From Eledone cirrhosa (lineage: Eukaryota): a stretch of DNA of 64,000 nt. The position numbers and the translations under genes are program-made. The stretch lies in contig OZ024748.1 of the NCBI GenBank assembly GCA_964016885.1, positions 18,042,001 to 18,106,000 on the forward strand, read 5' to 3'. Of the stretch, positions 14,101 through 25,815 are shown piece by piece (within the stretch, counting starts at the first letter, position 1; each line of letters starts with the position of its first letter). The notes beneath the pieces are model-generated. The model was not told where the DNA came from. It saw only the letters and a program-made list of their open reading frames with translations, and searched no databases.

Positions 14101-14493
14101 AAATGATGGCTCTCCCAAACTTCTGCTTAAAAAAAAACTGTTCCCTCTTCTTTTCAACTTTTTTTTTTTCCATAAACACTTTTGGGGTTGTAGTTGTTGT
14201 TTTCTTGTTGAAGTCTTTTGGTGTTTTATTTACTTTTTGTTGTTGTTTGTTTGTTTGAGCCACTTAAAAATGTATTTAGAGTCTTCTGGGAGATTCATTG
14301 GGTTGTTCTGTTGGCTGAAATTTTGGTTAAACAATCAAGAAAAGACTGTAAACACCCCCTTTATAACCCCTTCAACCACCTCACCACATACCCTCCCTCC
14401 CCCCCATACACACATATACACATACACACAGACACACAAAATAAAATGGCAACTATCAACTATTATTCTATTGTTTGATTCTAGCTGAATATA

Positions 14494-14540
<47 letters not shown>

Positions 14541-14558
14541 CATATAAATGTGTGTATA

Positions 14559-14643
<85 letters not shown>

Positions 14644-14871
14644 GTGTGTATATGTGTGTGCGTATATATACAGAAACTGTGTGACTTGGTTGTTTGGCAT
14701 CAAAGAAATGCAAAAAAAGAATCCTCTTTCTCTCCCTGTATAATATATATATATATACATACACACACACTCACATACATATATACATATATAATATACA
14801 CACACATACACATATGTATATATATTCTGATAGCACAGTATTCAAACAGTGATTGTCTCCACCTTTCTTTA

Positions 14872-14907
<36 letters not shown>

Positions 14908-15290
14908 CATGGATGTTAAACGATGATTATGATATATAAAACACAAGTGAAAGGGGGAGGTAATCAGTGTCTGAATATTGTGCTATCAGAATATATTTAT
15001 TTTAGAACTTAATTGAATAGCAATGAACCATACATGTTATTATTTGTGTAAAAATAATGTTTTGTTTCAAAGATTACACCAGTTGATCTTGCTACTTTCA
15101 TATTGCAAAGAAATACATCGATATTGGTTGCTTTACTGTTTAATCTTCGATTACATTTTTGTTGTAATCTCTGTTGCTGTTGTTGTTATTATTGTAATTG
15201 TCTCTTTTTTTAGTTGCTAGATTCACTGACTTGTAAATGTATGACAGAAGACTTTGATGCTTTCATACATATATATATATAAATAGGCAT

Positions 15291-15369
<79 letters not shown>

Positions 15370-15422
15370 TATATAGAGAGAGAGAGAGACAGAGATGGGG
15401 GAGACAGATAGATAGATGTGTA

Positions 15423-15553
15423 CACATGGCTGCGAGGCTAAGGAATTTGCTTCACAACCATGTGGTTCTTGTGGTTCTGGGTTCAGTCTTGCTGATTGGC
15501 CCTTTGGTTGACCCATGCCTTGCAAGTAGAATTCAGTAGACAGGAATTGCAGA

Positions 15554-15556
<3 letters not shown>
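15423..15556 (+). mobile_element. Degraded tRNA-derived SINE head
   Basis: CATGGCTG..AGGCTAAGG...GGGTTCAGTC, A/B-box-like. Confidence 0.45.
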
Positions 15557-15590
<34 letters not shown>

Positions 15591-15638
15591 TATATACAAT
15601 ATTAAATAAATGGAAAACTATATTTATAAAACCATATT

Positions 15639-15704
15639 TATTTCATTATATATATTTCGGGGATATCATATTAACAATATGCTATGCCTTCATCAGACAA
15701 AATA
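15639..15704 (-). ncRNA. Type I hammerhead ribozyme motif (family B)
   Basis: Minus: TATTTTGT-CTGATGA-(stem II with CATATT gtt AATATG)-GAAA-TATATA-TA-ATGAAATA. Palindromic stem III. Homologue at 45634-45698. Confidence 0.7.
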
Positions 15705-16193
15705 CAATATAAACAGTTTTATAGATAAATATATTCAACATACCGTAATAAACATCAACTTCATTTGAAGAGGTTTACGCTAGCAGTGAAAATACAGAGA
15801 GAAAGAAAGAGAGAGAGAAAAGAGGGAAATAAGAAAGAAAGAAAGACAAAACAAAGAAAAGGAAGAAAAAGAAGAAAAAGAAAAAGAAGAAATGCATGGG
15901 ACAAAATAGAGAGATGGAAAAATAGATAAAGCGAAGAGCTTCATGTAAAGAGACAGAAAGAGATATATATATAGAGAGAGAGAGGAAATAGAGATAGATA
16001 CATATATATATATAGAAAATTAGGTAGTGGGAGGTCATTTTGAGTAAGTGTATCAATGATGCATTTATTTATTTATTTATTTATAGTTTTCCATTTATTT
16101 AATATTGTAAATATACTCCAAATATTTGTCGAGTGCTTTTATATCAGTTATAAATATTTACTAGTTGTAACCCAACAATTTTAAATATAACTT

Positions 16194-16237
<44 letters not shown>

Positions 16238-16244
<7 letters not shown>

Positions 16245-16443
16245 AGGAAAAGAATGACTTCACTTGTAGTTCTAAACAATTTAATTTAATTTTATATTAT
16301 GATATTACAATTTGGTTTTGTAGATCTACAAAACCAAATTGTAAAATCATATAAAATTAAATTAAATTGTTTAGAATTACAAGTGAAGACATTATTTTCC
16401 TTTTTTTAAATATACCTAACTGCACCAAGGATTTTGCACATTT

Positions 16444-16449
<6 letters not shown>
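16238..16449. mobile_element. Fold-back mini-element in (TA)n (family G)
   Basis: About 85-bp imperfect inverted arms centred on TAGATCTA (16321-16328), plus a unique tail of about 40 bp, flanked by (TA)n. Confidence 0.7.
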
Positions 16450-16484
<35 letters not shown>

Positions 16485-16682
16485 TAAAAATTAGCGAGAA
16501 TCAAATTTCAGCTCAGGAATTAACGAAAAACACTTCCGAGTTGTGTGGCAAGCGCTCGATAATTCATATGAATTAGAGCTACAACTTACGTTAAAGGCCA
16601 AACACACAGAGATGGTGGTTAAACTAATCATCCGCGCACAGCGAAAAAACGACCGTCTAATTCGGGTCAAGCAGATATAAAA

Positions 16683-16714
<32 letters not shown>

Positions 16715-17428
16715 ATATGGATTAGGCCCTGTGAGTATGCTGGTGTAACTCTAGAGTAACAAGTCTCACTACTTACCCATTGTAAATGAATATTTAAACT
16801 CTACTTCGGTATTGAGTACTCTTTTCTCTCATCCATCAACTACATATGGATATATATATATACATATGTATACATGGGTTAGACTATATATATATATATA
16901 TATATGTCATGTGATTTGGTGTGGATGGTGAGTGGACTGTGTAGTTGAAAATGCTGGCTTAGTAATTTTTTAAGTATTTTCAGAGCAAGAATTGTCAGAA
17001 ACTAGATTTTTTTTTCCTCAGCTAAAATTATTTTATTTGGAAGAATAGGGCAGATAACTGGAAGATGGTGTAATAGTTGAGAATGGGGCTGTATTTTAGG
17101 GCTAGCCTAGCATGTTGAATGTCCAGGGGCTAGTTCTACCTATGGTCATATGATAGATTGCTGAACACTGCATCAATAAATGATTATTTGGTTCATTATA
17201 CCAATCCAGACCAGGGACTTTTTCATTTCTGTTAGAGGAACCCCTCCCTGGTTGACCTCCACTGCTTTCTGTTTGGTTTTGGGCATGTCAGGGATGTAGC
17301 CATCTTGGTGAGGCTATTTAACCCATAGTTGGGGTGGATGGCCATTGACTCTGAGGAGTTCATCCACCCTTTTGTCATCTACTCTTGTTTTTATTTCTGT
17401 TCTGCTGGAGTTCAACTTACCCTCCTCA

Positions 17429-18775
17429 CCAGACTAGGGTCTAGTTGGGGGAGCTGGTTTAATTGCTGACCATTCAGCCATGAAACGGGTTGTACTGGAT
17501 TACATTGTACCAGTAGCAGGCAAAAGGCTAGCCTGACCAGATTAGGGTCTAGTGGGGAAGCCCAGTTGCTGCCCACTTAACCATGAAGCAGGCTGTACTG
17601 GGTTACATTGTACCAGTAGCAGGCAAAAGGCTAACCTGACCAGATTAGGGTCTAGTGGGGAAGTCCAGTTGCTGACCACTTAACCATGAAGCAGGCTGTA
17701 CTGGGTTACATTGTACCAGTAGCAGGCAAAAGGCTAACCTGACCAGATTAGGGTCTAGTGGGGAAGTCCAGTTGCTGACCACTTAACCATGAAGCAGGCT
17801 GTACTGGGTTACATTGTACCAGTAGCAGGCAAAAGGCTAACCTGACCAGATTAGGGTCTAGTGGGGAAGCCCAGTTGCTGCCCACTTAACCATGAAGCAG
17901 GCTGTACTGGGTTACATTGTACCAGTAGCAGGCAAAAGGCTAGCCTGACCAGATTAGGGTCTAGTGGGGGAAGTCCAGTTGCTGACCACTTAACCATGAA
18001 GCAGGCTGTACTGGGTTACATTGTACCAGTAGCAGGCAAAAGGCTAGCCTGACCAGATTAGAGTCTAGTGGGGGAAGTCCAGTTGCTGACCACTTAACCA
18101 TGAAGCAGGCTGTACTGGGTTACATTGTACCAGTAGCAGGCAAAAGGCTAACCTGACCAGATTAGGGTCTAGTGGGGAAGCCCAGTTGCTGCCCACTTAA
18201 CCATGAAGCAGGCTGTACTGGGTTACATTGTACCAGTAGCAGGCAAAAGGCTAACCTGACCAGATTAGGGTCTAGTGGGGAAGCCCAGTTGCTGACCACT
18301 TAACCATGAAGCAGGCTGTACTGGGTTACATTGTACCAGTAGCAGGCAAAAGGCTAGCCTGACCAGATTAGAGTCTAGTGGGGAAGCCCAGTTGCTGACC
18401 ACTTAACCATGAAGCAGGCTGTACTGGGTTACATTGTACCAGTAGCAGGCAAAAGGCTAACCTGACCAGATTAGGGTCTAGTGGGGAAGCCCAGTTGCTG
18501 ACCACTTAACCATGAAGCAGGCTGTACTGGGTTACATTGTACCAGTAGCAGGCAAAAGGCTAGCCTGACCAGATTAGAGTCTAGTGGGGAAGCCCAGTTG
18601 CTGACCACTTAACCATGAAGCAGGCTGTACTGGGTTACATTGTACCAGTAGCAGGCAAAAGGCTAACCTGACCAGATTAGGGTCTAGTGGGGAAGCCCAG
18701 TTGCTGCCCACTTAACCATGAAGCAGGCTGTACTGGGTTACATAGTACCAGCAGCAGGCAGAAGCCTAATCTGAC
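17429..18775. repeat. 103/104-bp tandem array, about 13 units
   Basis: CCTGACCAGATTAG starts at 17532, 17635, 17738, 17841, 17944, 18048, 18152, 18255, 18358, 18461, 18564, 18667. Diverged first unit at about 17429. Confidence 0.95.
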
Positions 18776-18809
18776 AAATATTGGTACATTATACCAATCT
18801 AAAATCATA

Positions 18810-19130
18810 CCTTTAAGAAAAATCTCTATATATATGTATTAATCTATGAATGTTTGGTAAGGCCTTTTAGAAACAAACTTTGGAATAAATCATATCAGCT
18901 GATATTGATTGAGACTTCAAGAAGGTTCCAAAAGATTTCAGGAAATTTTGATGAGCTAAGACGATGGGATTTCTCTTGGATTCAAGGAAAAATCATTCTG
19001 AGATCCACTGTCAAAGTTAGTTAGATAAGATTACATTTGGATATTGTGGATTTTAAAGAAAGAAATATTAAAATTGGATAGGGTATTTGATTATCAAAGA
19101 GCAGCAGCTTATATTATGTGATAGATTAAG
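18810..19130 (+). mobile_element. Highly degraded CR1/L2-type LINE fragment
   Basis: YECLVRP...W...LILIETSRRFQKISG resembles the CR1/L2 post-RT motif Y..LVRP.LEY...IE.VQRRFTK.I.G. Confidence 0.45.
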
Positions 19131-19303
19131 GCTATGACCAGCTAGAGTCCTATATCGTCCATCACACACTACGTTCTCACACAACACACACTTCCCCTCT
19201 CCTCTTCCATAATAATAACTGCAACATCAACAACCTCAACTACAATGACAGCAATAACTACAATAACAATATCTTATATCATTTTAGACAGTTTCCTCAA
19301 AAC

Positions 19304-19386
<83 letters not shown>

Positions 19387-19624
19387 TACGTGTGTTGGAC
19401 TTATGATCATAATATCATGGGTTCCATTCCTTGACTGGGTTGTGTGTTGTGTTTTTGAGCAAAAACACTTCATTTCATACATATATACATACACACATGC
19501 ATACATACACACATACATACATACATATATTCACACACTCACATACATACATACACACATGCATATACACACATACTTACATATATACATACATACACAT
19601 AATATACACATACTAAGACAGATT

Positions 19625-19728
19625 GCATGGTGATTAGAGAGTTGGATTTACAATCGTGAAGTTGCAAGTTCGATTCCTTGACCAGGTAATGTGTTATGTC
19701 CTTGAGCAAAACACTTTATCACACATTT
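19625..19728 (+). mobile_element. tRNA-derived CORE-SINE 5' part
   Basis: B box AAGTTCGATTCC followed by GTCCTTGAGCAAAACACTT. Confidence 0.65.
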
Positions 19729-19764
19729 CTCTTTCTGCCAAGAGTTTCAACTGGTAGATAGTAT

Positions 19765-19930
19765 CTATCTATCTAAGGCGGGTAAAATTCCCGAGATCCA
19801 TGGACGAGTTCTCTCCAGCGGTCTCTGTCCCTCATTATTGCTGCCATGTCCTGCGTTTCCAACAGACCAGTGTCTGTCCTTAGGGCATCAACATACGTTA
19901 ACCTTGGTCTTCCTCTTATAGTGTGTCCAT
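19765..19930 (-). mobile_element. 5'-truncated RTE-type LINE with (TAGA)n tail and 11-bp TSD
   Basis: Minus translates GHTIRGRPRLTYVDALRTDTGLLETQDMAAIMRDRDRWRELVHGSREFYPP*. GTAGATAGTAT is duplicated at 19754-19764 and 19931-19941. Confidence 0.85.
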
Positions 19931-20244
19931 GTAGATAGTATTAGCAATTGAAAAGACCAATGGAAACATTGTTTCCTTCGTCCGATTTGATGAGTTCCAT
20001 GCCACTTGGTAAGCAAATGGGGGGATCTGGGATCTTGTTGATCAATTTCTTTTATTAGGTATCTTTCTTTTTTCCCGTAACTCCTGATAGAGTCATAGGG
20101 GAGCCACATTGATATACAATGTTCCTTGGGCATTTTAAGCCCGGCGGGGCCCATCCTTCTCCAGGCCTGAGTACAGCAGATTTCTTCCAGAGAAGGATAG
20201 AGAGTGGTAGTGAGGATGGGAGAAAGAGATATAGAGGAATAATT

Positions 20245-20392
20245 GACCTCAGTACTAGATTGGTACTTTTTTTATCGACCTTGAAAGGATGAAAGGCAAA
20301 GTTGACCTTGGTGGGATTTGAACTCAGAGAGCAGGGAACCGGAACGAATACCATAAAGCATTCTGTCCAGCGTTCTAACAACTTCGCCACCT
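20245..20392 (-). mobile_element. Nin/Deu-type tRNA SINE
   Basis: Reverse complement of TCTGAGTTCAAATCCC..CAACTTTGCCTTTCATCCTTTC.AGGTCGATAAAA..AGTACC. Confidence 0.75.
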
Positions 20393-20456
20393 TTTATTAG
20401 GTATCTATGCTTCACTAAATATAAACAATTCTCTCTTTTTTTATTGTTATTCTCAT

Positions 20457-20689
20457 CTGACCGATGGGTGAAGAAGTGCCAGGAAATGCCAGTTGAAGGA
20501 AGACGTGGTAGAGGGAGACCACGAAAAACATGGGCGGAGGTGGTGAGAACAGACCTCAGATCATTGAAGCTCACGGTGGAGATGACGAGGGACTGGGACA
20601 AGTGGAGAGATGCTGTGCTGAATAAGACCCGTCCCACCCTTGCAAGCAGGGAAAAGCGGGCGTAAAATGATGATGATGATGATGATGAT
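20457..20689 (+). mobile_element. 5'-truncated RTE LINE 3' end
   Basis: DRWVKKCQEMPVEGRRGRGRPRKTWAEVVRTDL...DKWRDAVLNKTRPTLASREKRA* followed by (ATG)n. Confidence 0.85.
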
Positions 20690-20965
20690 CACTATATAAC
20701 AATCTGGAGTTCAGGGAGTAGAGGTCGGAGAGTGGGGGTGAGAGTAATTACAACAGGGTGAAGGGGTTGTTGGTAGTAAAAAGGTTAGGAACCATTCACT
20801 GGTTTAGATGAAAATTATAGTAATCCCCTCATTGGTCACAGCTGTTTTGTTGTCATCGTTGTTGTTGTTGTCATTGTTGTTGTCGTTATTTGTTTTGATG
20901 ATATTGCTATTGCTGTTGTTGTCATTGTTGTTGTTGTCATTGCTGCTGTTGTTGTCATTATCGTT

Positions 20966-21150
20966 GATTGGCAGTATCGGTAGAGGGTCGGACGCCATGC
21001 TTTGCAGCAAAGAGTTACGGCCCTTTATGGTCTGAGTTCAAATCCCGCCGAGGTTAACTTTGCCTTTCATCCTTAAGGGGTCAATAAAATAAAGTACCAG
21101 TAATACACTGGGATAATTGCTGGCCTTGTGCCAAAAGTAGAAACAATTAT
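20966..21150 (+). mobile_element. Nin/Deu-type tRNA SINE
   Basis: TGGCAGTATCGG A-box-like, GAGTTCAAATCC B box, GCCTTTCATCCTT..GGGGTC.ATAAAATAAAGTACC core. More than 10 related copies in the window. Confidence 0.8.
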
Positions 21151-21732
21151 CGTTTTTTGTTGTTGTTGCTGTTGTTGTTGTTATTGTTGATATCATTGCT
21201 GTAATTGTTTTTGTTGATGATTGCTGTTGTTATTGTTGTTGCTATTGTTATTGTTGTTGTCTTTGTTGTTGTTGTTGTTGTTGTCACTGCTGTTGTTGTT
21301 GTTGTTATCATTGCTGTTGTTATTGTTGTTGTCATTGCTGTTGTTGTTGTCATTGCCATTGTCGTTGTTGCCATTGCAGTTGTTGTTGTTGTTGTTGTTA
21401 TTTCTTTTGATGTTGTTATTGCTGCTGTTGTTGTTTCTTTTGATGTTTATTTTACTTATGTTTTGTTTCATTTTGTAGTTTTGTTTCACTGGAAGCTAAC
21501 TAAAACCAAATAAAACCCCAACAATACAAAGACTACTACAAAGCCAGTGGCTGCTGATATCATAAATATATCTTCAATAGAACAAACAATAAAGTAAGTT
21601 ATACTTGGAGACTTTTTAAATATTTTATAAAGTTTCTTTTATTTTTCTGCTTATTTTCTATTGTTGTTTGTATTTTTGATATTGTGATTTCAGAGTTTCC
21701 TGTATCTGTCTTTCAATCATTGTTTAAGCACA

Positions 21733-22210
21733 AGGGCGGTGGATTGGCAGTATCGGTAGAGGGTCGGACGCCATGCTGTGCAGCATAGAGTTATGGCCCT
21801 TTATGTTCTGAGTTCAAATCCCGCTGAGATTAACTTTGCCTTTCAACCTTACGGGGTCGATAAAATAAAGTACCAGTAAGGCACTGGAGTAATTGCTGGC
21901 CTTGTGCCTAAAGTAGAAACAATTGTTTAAATTTGTGATGGATTAGCAGTATTGGTAGCGTGTCAGACAGCATGCTGTGCAGCATAGAGTTATGGCCCTT
22001 TATGTTCTGAGTTCAAATCCTGCTGAGGTTAACTTTGCCTTTCATCCTTATGGGGTCGATAAAATAAAGTACCAGTAAGGCACTGGGGTAATTGCTGGCC
22101 TTGTGCCAAAAGTAGAAACAATTATTTAAACACTGGGATCAATTTAATCGACTTTTCCCCTTCCCTTCAACTTGTTGGCCTTGTGCCAAATATAGACACC
22201 ATTATTTAAA
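21733..22210 (+). mobile_element. Tandem Nin/Deu-type SINE copies (two plus a 3' fragment)
   Basis: Same consensus as 20966-21150, repeated at about 21733 and 21938. Confidence 0.8.
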
Positions 22211-22309
22211 TTTGTGCTAAAAGACAAAATAGTAAAATGGTGGAATGGTTAAACAATGGAATGAGAGAATGAAAGAATGGCATAGTAGCCGGATTACAGG
22301 ACGGTTTGA

Positions 22310-22690
22310 ATGACAGAATGGGAGAATGGTAGAACGACAGATTAATATAGCAGTTGAATTACAGGATGGTTGAATGGTAGAACAACAGAACGACAGAATG
22401 GTAGAGCAACAGAATGGTAGAACAACAGAATGGCAGAATAGAACGACAGAATGGTAGAACTACAGAATGGTAGAATGACAATGGCAGAACAACAGAATGG
22501 TTGAACGACAGAATGGTAGAATGACAGAATAGCAGAATGGTAGAACGAGCAGTATGGTTAGAACAACAGAATGGTAGAATGACAGAATGGCAGAATGGTA
22601 GAACGACAGTATGGTAGAACAACAGAATGGTAGAACAACAGAATGGTAGAATGACAGAATGGTAGAAAGGGAAAATGATAGAATGATAGA
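22310..22690. repeat. About 16-bp AGAATGGTAGAACAAC minisatellite
   Basis: Direct inspection. Confidence 0.9.
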
Positions 22691-22716
22691 ATGCTGTTTC
22701 ATTATAATCTGTTTAG

Positions 22717-22758
22717 TCATTAAAAAGGAGGATGTGTTAATTGCTGCCATTTTCTATG
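22717..22758 (+). CDS. Candidate host exon (xIKKEDVLIAAIFY)
   Basis: tgtttag| ... G|gtatca. Phase-compatible with 22943-23004. Confidence 0.25.
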
Positions 22759-22942
22759 GTATCACACTGCTTTCTCTCACTCTCTCTCTTTCTGTCTCTC
22801 TTTCTCTCTCTCCCTCACTCTCTCTCTCCCCATCTTTTTCTTCCCATCTCTCTCTCTCCCTCTCTCTCTCTCTCTCCTCTCATCTCTCTCTCCCCATCTC
22901 TCTCTCCATCTCTCTCTCTCTCTCTCTCAATTTAATTCAAAG

Positions 22943-23004
22943 CTAAAGAATTAGAGCTCAGCAAATTGGCCATGAATGTTAAATCAACAGAAATGTCAAA
23001 TCAG
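22943..23004 (+). CDS. Candidate host exon (AKELELSKLAMNVKSTEMSNQ)
   Basis: After a pyrimidine tract, ttcaaag| ... CAG|gtaaaa. Open frame. Confidence 0.3.
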
Positions 23005-23109
23005 GTAAAATAGAGGAGAGGTGGGGGGGGAGAAAAAGAAGAAGAAGGGTGAAACAGTAGTAGTAATGGTGGGGGTGGCAGTGGCAGTGGTGGCTCTACC
23101 ACGCCAACC

Positions 23110-23610
23110 ACTACTACAAACACCATCAACAAAATCATCATCATCATCAACAACAACACCTTCAACAACACCACCACCACCATCACCAACATCAACAACA
23201 TCATCATCACCATCAACACTACAACCACCATCAACAACAACATCATCACTACTACCACCAACACTACCATCAACAACACTACCAACAACCTCATCATCAT
23301 CACCACCAACACCACCACCAACACCACCATCATCACCACCAAAACCACCAACACCACCAACACCACCAACACCACCAACACCACCAACGCCAACACCACC
23401 ACCACCAAAACCACCAACACCACCAAAACCACCAACACCAACACCACCAACACCACCACCACCACCAACAGCACCACCACCAACACCACCAAAACGACCA
23501 CCACCAACACCACCAACACCACCACCAACACCAACACCAACACCACCACTACCACCACCAACACCACCACTACCACCACCACCATCAACATCACCAACAC
23601 CACCACCACC
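23110..23610. repeat. (CAC/CAA/CAT)n trinucleotide tract
   Basis: Direct inspection. Confidence 0.9.
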
Positions 23611-23697
23611 AAACTGTGTTCCCTTATTTTACATGTCATTCATTAGGTTGTTTGCCCAATTTAACCCTTAATCAAATTTCTCCCCTCTCCCACTCAG

Positions 23698-23799
23698 CCC
23701 CGTATTTCTTCCCCTAATGAAGATAAAAGTCTAAATAACTCAGAGAAAATGGCAAAACAGCTAGAAATCCTTCCAACGCCATCTTGGCCTGGATTTTAG
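23698..23799 (+). CDS. Candidate terminal exon (PRISSPNEDKSLNNSEKMAKQLEILPTPSWPGF*)
   Basis: Acceptor tttctcccctctcccactcag|. Phase 0 matches the preceding candidate exon. Confidence 0.25.
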   Translation, partial: PRISSPNEDKSLNNSEKMAKQLEILPTPSWPGF

Positions 23800-23819
23800 A
23801 ATTTGGGGTTTTTATGTTT

Positions 23820-24530
23820 TTTGTTTGTGTTTGTTTGTGTGTGTATATATGTTTGTTCGTGTGTGTATGTGTGTGTGTTTGTTTGTGTGTGTATATGTTT
23901 GTTTGTGCGTGTGTGTATGTGTGTGTTTGTGTGTGTGTATGTTTGTTTGTGTGTGTATATGTTTGTTTGTGTGTGTGTGTGTTTGTGTGTGTGTGTATGT
24001 TTGTTTGTGTGTGTATATGTTTGTTTGTGTGTGTATATGTTTGTGTGTGTATGTTTGTTTGTGTGTGTGTGTATATGTTTGTGTGTGTATGTTTGTTTGT
24101 GTGTGTGTTAGTGTGTGTGTGTGTGTTTGTGTGTATGTGTGTGTATGGCTGTGTCTGTGTGCATGTGTGTAAATGTTGGTTGTGTGTGTGTCTGTGTGCA
24201 TGTGTGTATGTGTTGGTTGTGTTTGTGTCCTGTATGTGTCTGTGTGCATGTGTGTATGTGTTGGTTGTGTGTGTGTCTGTGGCTGTGTCTGTGTGCATGT
24301 GTGCATGTGTGTATGTGTTGGTTGTGTTTGTGTCCTATATGTGTCTGTGTGCATGTGTGTATGTGTTGGTTGTGTCTGTGTATGTGTCTGTGTGCATGTG
24401 TGTATGAGTTGGTTGTGTGTGTGTCTGTGCATGTGTGTATTTGTATCTCTGTATGAATGTGTACGTGTATATATGTTTGTGTGTTTGTATGCTTGTATGT
24501 AAGTTTGTGTGTGTATGTATATGTGTGCAC
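23820..24530. repeat. (TG)/(TTTG) compound microsatellite
   Basis: Direct inspection. Confidence 0.9.
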
Positions 24531-24864
24531 ATTTTAAAGCCATATATAGCAATCTAAACCCCTTTCTCCCAGTTGTGTGCCCCCCTCCCCCCTCCTCTCT
24601 GATGTAATAAAAGTTGGTCTTTGATAATGAAATACAGAATCTAATATTTGATATTTCTTTCTTTAAAATCCACAAAATCCCTTGCTTTAATCTGCTGGTG
24701 TTGAGGGACCTCCATCATGTTGCTGGTTCCAATGACAAGGGTTCCACTTGTTTGATTAATGGGACAGCCCAACATGCTCATCAAATTAATGTGTAAGTGG
24801 CTGAGCATTCTACAAATGTACATGTATTATTTAAAGTGAATCTCAGCGGAATTTGAACATTATG

Positions 24865-25148
24865 ATCTGAGTTCAAATCCTTCCGAGGTTAACTTTGCCA
24901 TTCATCCTTATGGCGTCGATAAAATAAAGTACCAGTAATACACTGGGGTAATTGCTGACCTTTAACCAAACGTAGACACAATTATTTAACCCTTTAGCAT
25001 TTACATTATTCTATATTTACTCCATTCTGAGTTCAAATCCCGCCGAGGTTAACTTTGCCTTTCATCTTTACAGGGTCGATAAAATAAAGTACCAGTAATG
25101 CACTGGGTAATTGCTGGCCTTTAACCAAACGTAGACACAATTATTTAA
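24865..25148 (+). repeat. Tandem duplication (about 159 bp) of SINE 3' half plus MITE left end
   Basis: TCTGAGTTCAAATCC...GTAGACACAATTATTTAACCCTTTAGCATTTACATTATTCTATATTTACT repeats at about 24867 and 25026; a third SINE part starts at about 25185. Confidence 0.8.
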
Positions 25149-25505
25149 CCCTTTAGCATTTACATTATTCTATATTTACTCCGTTCTGAGTTCAAATCCC
25201 GCCGAGGTTAACTTTGCCTTTCATCCTTACGGGGTCGATAAAATAAAGTACCAGTAATGCACTGGGTAATTGTTGGCCTTGTGCCTAAAGTAGAAACAAT
25301 TATTCTATATTTACTATTGTATTTTCCCAGTAAAGGCTTTATCTTACATAATAATCTCACATAATATTGAATCTATGAAATTTTGATGTTTAATTATTTT
25401 GAAAACAATACCTTAACATAAGTATGAGTGGCCAGTTACAACCAGTTTGAACAGAAAGAGGTGAGAGAGTTCTGGCCGGATACACCCGGTTTAAATGCTA
25501 AAGGG
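25149..25505. mobile_element. piggyBac-like MITE containing a nested SINE
   Basis: TTAA|CCCTTTAGCATTTA ... TAAATGCTAAAGGG|TTAA. The nested SINE is flanked by duplicated ATTATTCTATATTTACT. Related copies at about 25880-26230, 47370-47535 and 47806-48002. Confidence 0.8.
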
Positions 25506-25509
25506 TTAA

Positions 25510-25815
25510 AGTGAATCCCACCTTGTCTAAAATCTATGGCAAACTCCCTCGAGCCTCTGCCCTTCTAAAATCCCGGAGAGCTCAATTTGCTGGCCACTGT
25601 CACCGTGCCAGCAATGAAATCATATCCGCTCTCTTGCTCTGGAACCCTGACTCCAGCCTGACTAGGAGTAGGAAGCTGTCATTCCCTGACGATATCTCTA
25701 GGGATACGGGAATCAGTAGACAGGACCTGGGGGCAGCGATGGGGGACAGGGGATTCTGGGGCATGAGAGTGAGATCCATCATCTCGACAGTAGTCGACGA
25801 ATGATGATGATGATG
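25510..25815 (+). mobile_element. 5'-truncated RTE/RTEX-type LINE 3' end
   Basis: PTLSKIYGKLPRASALLKSRRAQFAGHCHRASNEIISALLLWNP...MGDRGFW... followed by (TGA)n. Confidence 0.8.

Noticed and set aside
16970-17030. Minus-strand CTGAGGA...GAAA
   Set aside because: No stem II and no palindromic stem III; chance match.
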